Source: Halalkalibacterium halodurans (GTDB lineage: Bacteria; Bacillota; Bacilli; Bacillales; Bacillaceae_D). From it: a stretch of 15,090 nucleotides of DNA. Under the pieces are notes generated by a model. The model made no database searches. It saw only the letters and a program-made list of their open reading frames with translations, and was not told the origin of the DNA. Every line of letters starts with the position of its first letter. Position 1 is the first letter of the stretch. The position numbers and the translations under genes were made by a program. Positions 7,033 to 14,540 of this stretch are shown one piece after another. The DNA lies in NCBI RefSeq assembly GCF_004376175.1, contig NZ_SNUY01000057.1:1-15090 (forward strand), read 5' to 3'.

Positions 7033-7383
7033 TTAATCACAACATACTCGCAAACCGTCTTTTTCTAGTTCTCTTAATCTTTCTGTCTGGTCTGGGATAT
7101 GGTTAAGTAACGACGCGACCATGTCGTATGCTTCATGCTTTTTATTCACACGAAAAAAGATCCATTGGCCTCGCCGTTCTTCCTCGATTAAGCCCACGTC
7201 GCGAAGCTTGCGAAGGTGTTGGCTAATCGAAGGCTGACTCATTTGGAACAGCTCAACAAATTCGCAGACACAGCACTCGTCTTCAAGCATCAGGGCCACC
7301 ATCGTTAACCTCGTTTTATCTCCAAGCAATTTTAACACTTTGGCCGCAGTTGCAACCTCCATTTGCTGTTTTACAGACGCCAT
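7033..7383 (-). CDS. arsR: ArsR/SmtB-family repressor of the arsRBC operon
   Basis: HTH with an alpha-3 Cys triad (EDECCVCEF), SQPSISQHLRKL recognition helix and C-terminal RVCCD. First gene of arsR-arsB-arsC. GTGAGGTG lies 7 nt upstream of the ATG. Confidence 0.9.
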   Translation of the reverse strand: MASVKQQMEVATAAKVLKLLGDKTRLTMVALMLEDECCVCEFVELFQMSQPSISQHLRKLRDVGLIEEERRGQWIFFRVNKKHEAYDMVASLLNHIPDQTERLRELEKDGLRVCCD

Positions 7384-7414
7384 GGATTACACCTCACTTT
7401 CCCTATCCATCATC

Positions 7415-7443
7415 AGTATATAAACATATACTTATATACGCAA
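7415..7443 (-). promoter_or_regulatory. ars promoter with overlapping palindromic operator
   Basis: The minus strand reads TTGCGT (7438-7443), a 17-nt spacer, then TATACT (7415-7420). The perfect inverted repeat AGTATAT-aaac-ATATACT (7415-7432) covers the -10 and the spacer. Confidence 0.5.
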
Positions 7444-7487
7444 CTATTAGTACATATATTTTATGTTAAGTGTTTGTAAATTCGTCT

Positions 7488-7528
7488 AATATATAAAGAA
7501 AACCCTATTTGCCAGACAAGTAAGGTTT
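7488..7528 (-). terminator. probable terminator downstream of maa
   Basis: Arms 7500-7511 and 7517-7528 give 11 of 12 pairs including one G-U. UCUUUAUAUAUU follows on the minus strand. Confidence 0.4.
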
Positions 7529-7539
7529 ATAACAGAAAT

Positions 7540-8100
7540 TTACACGTCAATCGTTTGAATAACTTTGGCAGGATTTCCAGCAACAACTACATTTTCTGGA
7601 ACATCTTTCGTTACTACTGATCCCGAGGCAATAACAGCATTATTTCCTATCGTCACTCCAGGATTAACGATCGCTCGGCCACCAATCCAAACATTATTCC
7701 GGATCGTAACCGGTTTTCCATATTCAGGACCCTCCACTCGCTCAAGTGGGTGAATGGGGTGGGTAGCTGTATAAATATGGACTCCCGGAGCAAGCATACA
7801 GTTTGCGCCAATTCGCACTTCACAAACATCTAAAATAACACAATCAAAATTGGCAAAAAAGTTGTTCCCTACATGGATGTTATAGCCATAATCACATCGA
7901 AATGTTGGTTCAATATTGACGCTTTCTCCCATAGAGCCGAACAGCTCTTTGATCAATTCCGTTCGCTGCTTCTCCTCAGTTTCTGTCGTTTGATTAAACA
8001 GACGTGTTAACCGTCTTGCCCTCTCTCGATCCTTGACTAGCTCTGGATCCCATGCCTTATATCGTTCTCCTGCTAGCATTTTTTCTTTTTCTGTTCTCAT
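7540..8100 (-). CDS. maa: maltose/galactoside O-acetyltransferase (left-handed beta-helix hexapeptide family)
   Basis: [12 protein letters not shown]...[12 protein letters not shown]...[15 protein letters not shown]...[32 protein letters not shown] resembles my recollection of B. subtilis Maa almost end to end. ATG at 8100 is 6 nt after GGGAGG. The TTG at 8106 in the ORF track abuts the SD. Confidence 0.9.
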   Translation of the reverse strand: MRTEKEKMLAGERYKAWDPELVKDRERARRLTRLFNQTTETEEKQRTELIKELFGSMGESVNIEPTFRCDYGYNIHVGNNFFANFDCVILDVCEVRIGANCMLAPGVHIYTATHPIHPLERVEGPEYGKPVTIRNNVWIGGRAIVNPGVTIGNNAVIASGSVVTKDVPENVVVAGNPAKVIQTIDV

Positions 8101-8112
8101 CTCCAACCTCCC

Positions 8113-8152
8113 GACAAAATAAATAGCGTTGCAGTTAACCAGCTAGCAACGC
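8113..8152 (-). terminator. hairpin plus U-tract after the MBL hydrolase gene, abutting the maa SD
   Basis: GCGTTGC (8126-8132) / GCAACGC (8146-8152) with a 13-nt loop. UAUUUAUUUUGUC follows on the minus strand. Confidence 0.45.
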
Positions 8153-8181
8153 GCGGTTTGTAGAGTAGGGAGCTAGAATGT

Positions 8182-8916
8182 TTACCATTCTTTCACCCAG
8201 CCAGTATTCGCCAAAAAAATTTCCCCTTGGTATTTTGTTTTTACCTCAGCTACAAGCTGTTCGTGCTGTCCATGATGAGGCAGATGGGTAAGTAATAGTT
8301 GACGAGCGTTGGTGCGCTCAGCCAAAATCCCGACATCGAAGCTGTTCATATGACCGTAATCAGACAAGTCGGTTCCTCCATAGGCGCTACATTCTGCAAT
8401 TAATAAATCACAGCCTTCAGCGAAATTGGCTAATTCCGCAAAATAGCTCGTATCTGCCGTGTAAACGAGCGATTGGCCTTCGACTTCAATCCGCATCGCA
8501 TAGCAAGGAACGGGATGCTTCGTTTTAAAAAATGAAAATTGAAATGGACCGATAACCTTCGGGTTTAGTCCGTCATACGTCTCTGACCGAACGACGTGCT
8601 TATAGCTTAAAGAAGAAAAAGTCTCTGGGTCGTCACGATGGCCATAGATGGTCGCTTGCTTTTTTATTCGACCTTGTCCCGCTTGAAGCAGACGAGCATA
8701 ATGAAACACACCGATATCAGCCATGTGATCTTGATGATAATGGGAAAGGACGATGCCATCGAGCTCCTCCAGAGGACAATAGGCTTGCACATGTGACAGC
8801 ACCCCACTGCCGCAATCGAGCAAAAGCTTCGTTTCACCTTGTTCGAGCAAATAGCCAGATGTTGCCCCTTCTCGCCCTGGATAACCATGCCAGTAACCGA
8901 TCACCGTTAGCTTCAT
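8182..8916 (-). CDS. MBL-fold metallo-hydrolase, YhfI-like
   Basis: The metallo-beta-lactamase motif HYHQDH follows LLLDCGSG, with downstream TADTSY and THLPHH. I recall B. subtilis YhfI as having the same 244-aa length and a similar sequence. GGAGGCAATC precedes the ATG. Confidence 0.88.
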   Translation of the reverse strand: MKLTVIGYWHGYPGREGATSGYLLEQGETKLLLDCGSGVLSHVQAYCPLEELDGIVLSHYHQDHMADIGVFHYARLLQAGQGRIKKQATIYGHRDDPETFSSLSYKHVVRSETYDGLNPKVIGPFQFSFFKTKHPVPCYAMRIEVEGQSLVYTADTSYFAELANFAEGCDLLIAECSAYGGTDLSDYGHMNSFDVGILAERTNARQLLLTHLPHHGQHEQLVAEVKTKYQGEIFLANTGWVKEW

Positions 8917-8940
8917 GATTGCCTCCTACAGATGATAAAA

Positions 8941-9117
8941 TTAGCTCTGCTCCTTTTTGTTTTCACTTTTTATCCTGAGCCGAGATTTTTCAAGAATGAG
9001 TGTCAATTGTGTAATTAGCTTTCTTCGATCCTGTTCAGACTCCGTTTGATTAATCTTATCTTGAATCGATTGAATCGCTTCCCTTTCTTCTTTCGTTAAT
9101 TGATTGAAATTGGCCAT
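8941..9117 (-). CDS. small charged coiled-coil protein (58 aa), hypothetical
   Basis: ATG at 9117 lies 7 nt after AAGGGAG; the longer ORF to 9174 lacks an SD. The stop is 24 nt upstream of the MBL hydrolase start, so the two are probably co-transcribed. No family recognised. Confidence 0.55.
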   Translation of the reverse strand: MANFNQLTKEEREAIQSIQDKINQTESEQDRRKLITQLTLILEKSRLRIKSENKKEQS

Positions 9118-9183
9118 ATCCCTGCTCCCTTCAGCAAGTCTTGTTTCAAAACACCAGAACTGAGGGGCTTTCATCCTACTTTC

Positions 9184-9212
9184 ACTATATCACAGCATAG
9201 GACGAGGACAAA
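9184..9212 (-). promoter_or_regulatory. putative promoter of the 58-aa ORF / MBL hydrolase unit
   Basis: The minus strand reads TTGTCC (9207-9212), a 17-nt spacer, then TATAGT (9184-9189). Confidence 0.3.
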
Positions 9213-9278
9213 GTAAAGATGATGTAATGTTTGTTACCTCTATGTCACCATCTCTTTAGGTAAACGACTAAAATTTGC

Positions 9279-9307
9279 TTGCAAATGAGCGGATGATCGA
9301 TTATCAT
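9279..9307 (+). promoter_or_regulatory. putative sigma-A promoter of the DUF3870 gene
   Basis: TTGCAA (9279-9284), a 17-nt spacer, then TATCAT (9302-9307). Confidence 0.4.
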
Positions 9308-9381
9308 AATATTCAGAAACTCATACTCTGGTCTTTGGTTTGCCCCCAAGACCAATCAGTATTGAGAAGCAGGTGACCCTT

Positions 9382-9699
9382 TTGTTTGATCAAGACTCTA
9401 TTTATATCGTTGGTGAAGCGAAGTCACCGTCTAACAATCCGATTACACAACAATATAAAATCTTTTTTATCGGCTTTGTTGTCGACCGAAAGACAGGGAA
9501 AATCGTTGATGCGGATGTCTCATCCATCCTTCCATTAACGAGTACGTTTATTCGCCACCTGCTCATCGGTCAAAACATACTTGAGCCAGAAACTATAATT
9601 CAAATCATTGAAGACCGCTATCACGGCTCTTCGCAAAAAGCGATCATTGTTGCGTTACGCAACGCCAGCCAAAAATTTCAACAGCTTCATACCGTCTAG
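9382..9699 (+). CDS. DUF3870 domain protein
   Basis: IYIVGEAKSPSNNPIT...FFIGFVVDRKTGKIVDA...RYHGSSQKAIIVA matches my recollection of the DUF3870 family. The frame opens at 9340 (TTG) but has no ATG anywhere. TTG at 9382 lies 5 nt after AGGTGA and gives the short N-terminus I recall as typical of the family. GTG at 9373 is an alternative. Confidence 0.7.
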   Translation: MFDQDSIYIVGEAKSPSNNPITQQYKIFFIGFVVDRKTGKIVDADVSSILPLTSTFIRHLLIGQNILEPETIIQIIEDRYHGSSQKAIIVALRNASQKFQQLHTV

Positions 9700-9720
9700 C
9701 TGCTTGATCCTTACCGGATG

Positions 9721-9768
9721 AAACCCAGCTAAATTCTTCAATGAAGAATTTAGCTGGGTTTTTTATAT
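9721..9768 (+). terminator. strong rho-independent terminator after the DUF3870 gene
   Basis: Near-perfect arms of about 19 bp, AAACCCAGCTAAATTCTTCA / TGAAGAATTTAGCTGGGTTT (9721-9761), followed by TTTTTAT. Confidence 0.85.
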
Positions 9769-9839
9769 TTCTATTAAGAAAGGGGGCTCTGACTTTTCTC
9801 AATACTTTCCTAGATTTACTGAAAAGGAGCGATGTTTAA

Positions 9840-11006
9840 ATGATTGAAAACGGCTTTTTGTTTCTATCGATCCTCATCGGGATGACCGCCCTCATCGTAT
9901 GGGCAGAGTACAAAATTGGCGGAAAATTTTTCAAATATGTACCAGCCATCGTCCTCATTTATTTAGGTGCTGCCTTTATGAACACCTTTGGTTTATTTGG
10001 CGATTCAGAATCGTTAAGCAACACGAGCTATGGGGTGCGCAACGCCCTGCTACCCGCCATGATTTTACTTATGCTTCTTCAATGTGACCTTCGTAAAATT
10101 ATCAAACTCGGACCAAAACTATTAATTACTTATTTTGTCGCTGCCTTTAGTATCGTTTTAGGGTTCACCCTTACCTACCTTGTGATGCAAAGCTTTTTCC
10201 TCGATGATACGTGGCGCGCCTTCTCTGCATTAGCTGGTTCATGGACTGGTGGATCGGCCAACATGGTCGCCTTGCAAGACATTTTAGCCGTGCCTGAAAC
10301 CATTTTTGGCTATGCATTGATTATGGATACGATCAACTATTCGTTTTGGGTGATGGTGATGTTCTGGCTCGTTCCATTTGAGCGTATGTTTAATCGATGG
10401 ACAAAAGCTGATACGAGCAAATTAGAAAGCATGAGTCAAGAAATTGCAGCAACCGTCACCGATGAAAAGCGGGAACCTACGACCTTTGTTCATATGATCG
10501 GTCTCCTTGGTTTCTCGCTCTTTATAGCCGCTTTGGCCACCGTTATTGGTGAGAACCTCCCTCAAATTGGTACAGGGATAAATGCGATGACGTGGACGAT
10601 TCTCATCGTATCGATCGTCGGACTTCTTTTAGCCTTAACACCGTTTGCGTCGATTCCAGGTTCAATGGACATCGGTCGTGTCATGTTGTATACGATTGTT
10701 GCGATCATTGCCTCAGGGGCCGATTTCTCCTCCATTGGAGAAATTCCTGTGTACATTATCGCCGGATTTATGGTTTTGCTCTTCCACGGCTTGATTCTAT
10801 TCGGGTTCGCCAAATTGTTTAAGCTCGATCTGTTTACGCTTGGTGTTGCTAGCCTAGCGAACATCGGCGGTATGGTATCAGCACCTGTATTAGCAGGGGC
10901 CTTTAATCGGGCTCTGATTCCTGTTGGGGTCATTATGGCACTCATCGGAGGATTTATGGGGACATGGTTCGGTGTCCTTACAGCTGAGATCTTATCAAGA
11001 CTATAG
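9840..11006 (+). CDS. DUF819-family polytopic membrane protein (YjcL-like), putative transporter
   Basis: 388 aa with about 10-12 hydrophobic segments. Its architecture fits my recollection of DUF819 proteins. AAGGAG lies 10 nt upstream of the ATG. The stop is only 14 nt before the epimerase start. Confidence 0.85.
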   Translation: MIENGFLFLSILIGMTALIVWAEYKIGGKFFKYVPAIVLIYLGAAFMNTFGLFGDSESLSNTSYGVRNALLPAMILLMLLQCDLRKIIKLGPKLLITYFVAAFSIVLGFTLTYLVMQSFFLDDTWRAFSALAGSWTGGSANMVALQDILAVPETIFGYALIMDTINYSFWVMVMFWLVPFERMFNRWTKADTSKLESMSQEIAATVTDEKREPTTFVHMIGLLGFSLFIAALATVIGENLPQIGTGINAMTWTILIVSIVGLLLALTPFASIPGSMDIGRVMLYTIVAIIASGADFSSIGEIPVYIIAGFMVLLFHGLILFGFAKLFKLDLFTLGVASLANIGGMVSAPVLAGAFNRALIPVGVIMALIGGFMGTWFGVLTAEILSRL

Positions 11007-11020
11007 AAAGAAGGTTAAAC

Positions 11021-12100
11021 GTGAACATTCGTACTTTCTCGATTCATGAACAAACTTACGCATTAAAAGAGCCGTTTGTCACCGCCTTGCGCACCGTGAC
11101 GGAAATAGAGGTCATCCATGTCATCATCACGCTTGAATCAGGCGCCATAGGACGAGGAAGCGCAGCCCCGACTTTTCCGATCACAGGTGAATCAAAGGAA
11201 AGCATGATTGCAGCCATTAACGGACCGATCATGACAGCATTGATGGCTCGCTCCATGTCCTTTCAAGAAGCGCTTCAAACCGTTCAAAATAGCTGCGCCG
11301 GGAACACAAGTGCTAAAGCTGCAGTCGATATCGCGCTTCACCATGCGTACGCCCAGTCTCTCGGCATTAGCTTGCTACAACTACTAGGCGGGGCTTCTAT
11401 ACCATTAGAAAACGACATGACGGTCAGTCTAGACGAAAAAATAGCGATGGAACAACAAATGCTTCGCCATCTGAATCATGGGTTTCAAACGGTGAAAATC
11501 AAAGTTGGAACGAATGGAGTAGAAGACTTAGAACGCATTCTTCATCTTAGCCATTCTGCCGAAAAGGGGGTGATCTTCCGAATAGATGCGAATCAAGCGT
11601 GGTCACCGAAGGAAGCTGTACAATTTATCCGCCAACTGGAAGCACAGGCAGTCCCTGTTCAATTTGTCGAACAGCCCGTCAAAGCCCATGATTTAGAAGG
11701 GCTTCGATACGTTCGTGATCATGTGGCAACACCGATAATGGCTGATGAAAGCTGCACGACCCGGACTGCAGCCCTCCGCATTATCCAAGCACAAGCAGCA
11801 GATATGCTGAACATAAAATTGATGAAATGCGGAGGATTGAATGAAGCCCGTGTGATTGCCGACCTAGCGCAAGCCGCAGACCTCCCGTGCATGATCGGAA
11901 GCATGATGGAGTCAAGCTGGTCCGTGGCTGCAGCGGCAGCGTTGGCTAGCACTCACCCAAACATCACAATGGTAGATTTAGACGCTCCATTATGGTTAAT
12001 GGAAGAGCCTCCATCTCCCCATTTACTTTATGAAAAGGGAACCGTTTTCTATCATGAACCATCTTCTCCAGTGAAGGCACCCTCTTCATTGAACAATTGA
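11021..12100 (+). CDS. ykfB: dipeptide epimerase (L-Ala-D/L-Glu epimerase type), enolase superfamily MLE subgroup
   Basis: GTG start 6 nt after AAGAAGG. Enolase-superfamily landmarks are in order: VKIKVG (general-base Lys), RIDANQAW, VEQP and MADES (metal ligands), and NIKLMKCGG (second Lys). An NlpC/P60 gene follows directly, as in B. subtilis ykfB-ykfC. Substrate specificity is not proven. Confidence 0.85.
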   Translation: MNIRTFSIHEQTYALKEPFVTALRTVTEIEVIHVIITLESGAIGRGSAAPTFPITGESKESMIAAINGPIMTALMARSMSFQEALQTVQNSCAGNTSAKAAVDIALHHAYAQSLGISLLQLLGGASIPLENDMTVSLDEKIAMEQQMLRHLNHGFQTVKIKVGTNGVEDLERILHLSHSAEKGVIFRIDANQAWSPKEAVQFIRQLEAQAVPVQFVEQPVKAHDLEGLRYVRDHVATPIMADESCTTRTAALRIIQAQAADMLNIKLMKCGGLNEARVIADLAQAADLPCMIGSMMESSWSVAAAAALASTHPNITMVDLDAPLWLMEEPPSPHLLYEKGTVFYHEPSSPVKAPSSLNN

Positions 12101-12116
12101 AAGGAGTAGATTTTTC

Positions 12117-13127
12117 ATGAAAATAGGCAAGTGGATTTTAATGTTTTTGCTCGTTGTTGCACCAGTGTTTTCCTTTGGATCTACTACCTATGCAAAGGAC
12201 CCAACAAAAGAAACGACCGCCTATGTGGATGTATCCGTCTTAACCGTCTGGGTGGAGCCTAATATCGCTCGCGATGTGGACCTTCCGTCCCTTACAAATC
12301 CTGTTGATCCATGGAAATGGACAAAGAACATGACCTATGAAGAAAAACTATGGCTTGTTGGAAAATTAGAGACGCAAGCGTTGTATGGGATGAAGGTTCA
12401 TATTTTAGAAGAGCAAGGGGACTGGGTGAAAATCGCTGTTGTAGGCCAACCGACGCCTCGAGAAGAAGCCGGTTATCCCGGATGGGTTCCAAAAGAGCAG
12501 CTTATCCAAAGCAAAAAGTTTCAACAGTTGGAACGCAGACCATTTGCGACGGTAACAGCGCCAACTGCTTTCCTTTATAGCAATCAAGGACTGACAAAAG
12601 AATTTATGGAGGTAAGCTTTAATACAAGGCTTCCTGTCCTCGCAGCCTTTCGTGATCGCGTTCTTGTCATGACCCCAAGCGATGGGACGAAGTGGTTTGC
12701 TCGAACAGATGTGGAAATCTATCAATCAGAAGACGATATCCCTGCCCCAACGGCGGATGATCTATTAGAAACAGCCGAATTGTTTCTCGACCTTCCGTAT
12801 CTATGGGCCGGGGTATCTGGATTTGGCTTCGATTGCTCCGGATTCACCCATACTATTTATCGAGCCCATGGTATTACAATCCCACGGGACTCTAGTGTCC
12901 AAGCTCGATATGGTACGTACGTCGAACGGGAGCATTTACAAAAAGGAGACCTTGTCTTTTTTGCCCGTAACGGGGGCACAGGTGCGGTTCATCATGTAGG
13001 GATGTATATTGGTGATGGGAAAATGATTCATTCACCAAACTCGGCTAGCACAGTTGAAATTGTCACCATTGACGAATCAAGCTATGCAGGGAGCTATCAT
13101 AGCGCGAGACGTTATTTAGAAGAATAA
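12117..13127 (+). CDS. ykfC: secreted gamma-D-glutamyl-L-diamino acid endopeptidase, SH3b plus NlpC/P60 (YkfC-like)
   Basis: Signal peptide (MKIGKWILMFLLVVAPVFSFGSTTYA), an N-terminal SH3b-like region (GWVKIAV...GYPGWVPKEQL) and a C-terminal NlpC/P60 catalytic core (PYLWAGVSGFGFDCSGFTHTIY...HHVGMYIGDGKMIHSP). Confidence 0.88.
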   Translation: MKIGKWILMFLLVVAPVFSFGSTTYAKDPTKETTAYVDVSVLTVWVEPNIARDVDLPSLTNPVDPWKWTKNMTYEEKLWLVGKLETQALYGMKVHILEEQGDWVKIAVVGQPTPREEAGYPGWVPKEQLIQSKKFQQLERRPFATVTAPTAFLYSNQGLTKEFMEVSFNTRLPVLAAFRDRVLVMTPSDGTKWFARTDVEIYQSEDDIPAPTADDLLETAELFLDLPYLWAGVSGFGFDCSGFTHTIYRAHGITIPRDSSVQARYGTYVEREHLQKGDLVFFARNGGTGAVHHVGMYIGDGKMIHSPNSASTVEIVTIDESSYAGSYHSARRYLEE

Positions 13128-13136
13128 TTAAAAGAC

Positions 13137-13169
13137 AAAGCCGATGGAGCAGTTCGTTCCATGGGCTTT
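13137..13169. terminator. hairpin shared by convergent genes, better suited to the minus-strand gene
   Basis: Arms 13137-13148 and 13158-13169 give 11 of 12 pairs, with a 9-nt loop. GUCUUUUAAU follows on the minus strand. The tract on the plus strand is weaker. Confidence 0.5.
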
Positions 13170-13177
13170 GCATCTGT

Positions 13178-14326
13178 TTAGCAGTGGGAACCTGTCACAC
13201 ACTTACCATTAATATACGTAGCTTCTACTTGAGCCGTGGCTGTAAATGGATGGTCACTCCAAATGACAAAATCACCATCCTTTCCTTTCTCAAGGGAACC
13301 GACTTGCTGTTCAACTCCTATGTGCTCAGCTGCACGTAAGGTAATGGCTTGAAACGCAGACTGTTCAGAGAGTCCAGCCTTTACCGCTTGAATCGCTGAG
13401 GTTACGAGATGGTTGATAGTCACTACAGGATGATCCGTTGTAATTGAAAAGGGGATCCCGTGCTTCTCCAATTCAATCAACGTATGCCAGCCTTTATTTA
13501 CTAACTCTTGTTTCGTTCTGGACGTCATCGTCGGTCCGACCGACACTTTCACATTATATTTCGCTATATGGTCGGCAATTAAATGCCCTTCCGTGCAATG
13601 TTCAATCGTTGCTTCTAGATCAAATTCATCAACCATTCGGAGAACGGTGGCAATATCATCTGCACGATGGGCATGAACGCGAAGCGGAATTTCCTTGCGC
13701 AACACTTTTGCTAACTGCTCCATCCCAAGATCGCGCTTCTCTAGTTCGCCCTTCTCAAACCGTTTCAAATAATCTTGCGCTTGATACAATTGCTGTCGAA
13801 ACAGAGCGGCAACTCCCATCCGTGTCACTGGGAGCTTTCCTTTTCCACCATGGACATTCTTCGGGTTTTCCCCGAACGCTGCTTTCATCCCAGATGGAGA
13901 ACGGACAATCATCTCATCGACTACGGTTCCCACCGTTTTGACAGTTACCATTTCACCGCCAATTACATTAGCGCTTCCCGGCATGATTTGTACGGTCGTA
14001 ACACCTGATTGTCTCGCATCCTCGAACCCTTGATCAAACGGATAGATCCCATCAATGGCTCGTATGTATGGGGTTGCGGCGGCTGTCGTTTCATTAAAAT
14101 CGTGGCCCGTCCGGCCTAACCCTTCTGAAAACACCCCTATATGGGTATGAACGTCGATGAGACCAGGGGTAATATACTTTCCTGTTGCGTCGATCAGCTT
14201 CGCATTGGCTGGAGTGTCTACCCGCTGCCCCACCTCTAGCACCTTTCCGTCCTGAATGAGAAGCGTTCCCTGTTTAATGGTTTCTCCCGTGCCTGTTAAT
14301 ATCGTTCCGTTCTTGATCACTTTCAT
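13178..14326 (-). CDS. amidohydrolase-superfamily metallo-hydrolase (COG1228-like)
   Basis: HxH metal motif (LIDVHTHIG), downstream His/Asp ligands (RVHAHRADD, IEHCTEGH, ITTDHP) and a C-terminal beta-sandwich segment (KGKDGDFVIW). ATG at 14326 is 6 nt after GGGGAGGTG. The GTG at 14335 in the ORF track overlaps the SD. Confidence 0.88.
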   Translation of the reverse strand: MKVIKNGTILTGTGETIKQGTLLIQDGKVLEVGQRVDTPANAKLIDATGKYITPGLIDVHTHIGVFSEGLGRTGHDFNETTAAATPYIRAIDGIYPFDQGFEDARQSGVTTVQIMPGSANVIGGEMVTVKTVGTVVDEMIVRSPSGMKAAFGENPKNVHGGKGKLPVTRMGVAALFRQQLYQAQDYLKRFEKGELEKRDLGMEQLAKVLRKEIPLRVHAHRADDIATVLRMVDEFDLEATIEHCTEGHLIADHIAKYNVKVSVGPTMTSRTKQELVNKGWHTLIELEKHGIPFSITTDHPVVTINHLVTSAIQAVKAGLSEQSAFQAITLRAAEHIGVEQQVGSLEKGKDGDFVIWSDHPFTATAQVEATYINGKCVTGSHC

Positions 14327-14467
14327 TCGTAGCACCTCCCCTATCTATTTCGTGATACGAATAAAAAATCCTCCATGAAATACGTGGTTGACCTGTTGTA
14401 AGAGCTACAAAAGAAGGTTCTCCGTCAAATGTTGGGGTGAAGGGCTACCGCGCTACGCTTGGTGGCC

Positions 14468-14511
14468 TTTTATTCGGTTGAAGGCTGGTACCAGCCTTCA
14501 ACCGAATAAAA
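14468..14511. repeat. 44-bp perfect palindrome centred on GGTACC
   Basis: TTTTATTCGGTTGAAGGCTGGT|ACCAGCCTTCAACCGAATAAAA read directly: 22-nt arms, no mismatch, no spacer. Confidence 0.95.
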
Positions 14512-14540
14512 CGTAATTTCTCGTTCGCCACAAAACAACA

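Noticed and set aside
7565-7753. Plus-strand 62-aa ORF inside maa
   Set aside because: It is antisense to a confidently identified hexapeptide-repeat acetyltransferase.
8664-8888. Minus-strand 74-aa ORF overlapping the MBL hydrolase in another frame
   Set aside because: It is an out-of-frame overlap with a complete, motif-bearing gene and has no SD.
8916-8941. Possible toxin-antitoxin reading of the 58-aa ORF plus the downstream gene
   Set aside because: The downstream partner is a full-length housekeeping-type MBL hydrolase, not a toxin fold. The small protein has no DNA-binding or antitoxin motif that I can recognise.
9899-12725. ORFs 9899-10087, 10562-10945, 10592-10822, 11056-11256, 11719-11952, 12292-12492, 12350-12580 and 12405-12725
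   Set aside because: All are nested in or antisense to the DUF819, epimerase and NlpC/P60 genes, and none has start-site support.
13444-14008. Plus-strand ORFs 13444-13941 and 13775-14008
   Set aside because: They are antisense to the amidohydrolase gene, which carries the full set of metal-ligand motifs.
14430-14470. tRNA-like or small-RNA appearance of GGGCTACCGCGCTACGCTTGGTGGCC
   Set aside because: Only one short 7-bp stem with a G-U pair can be drawn. There is no cloverleaf, no conserved T-loop or D-loop, and no flanking promoter or terminator.
14468-14511. The 44-bp palindrome as a bidirectional rho-independent terminator
   Set aside because: On both strands the U-run lies 5' of the stem and the A-run 3', the reverse of a functional intrinsic terminator. 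It is kept as a structural or IS-associated repeat.
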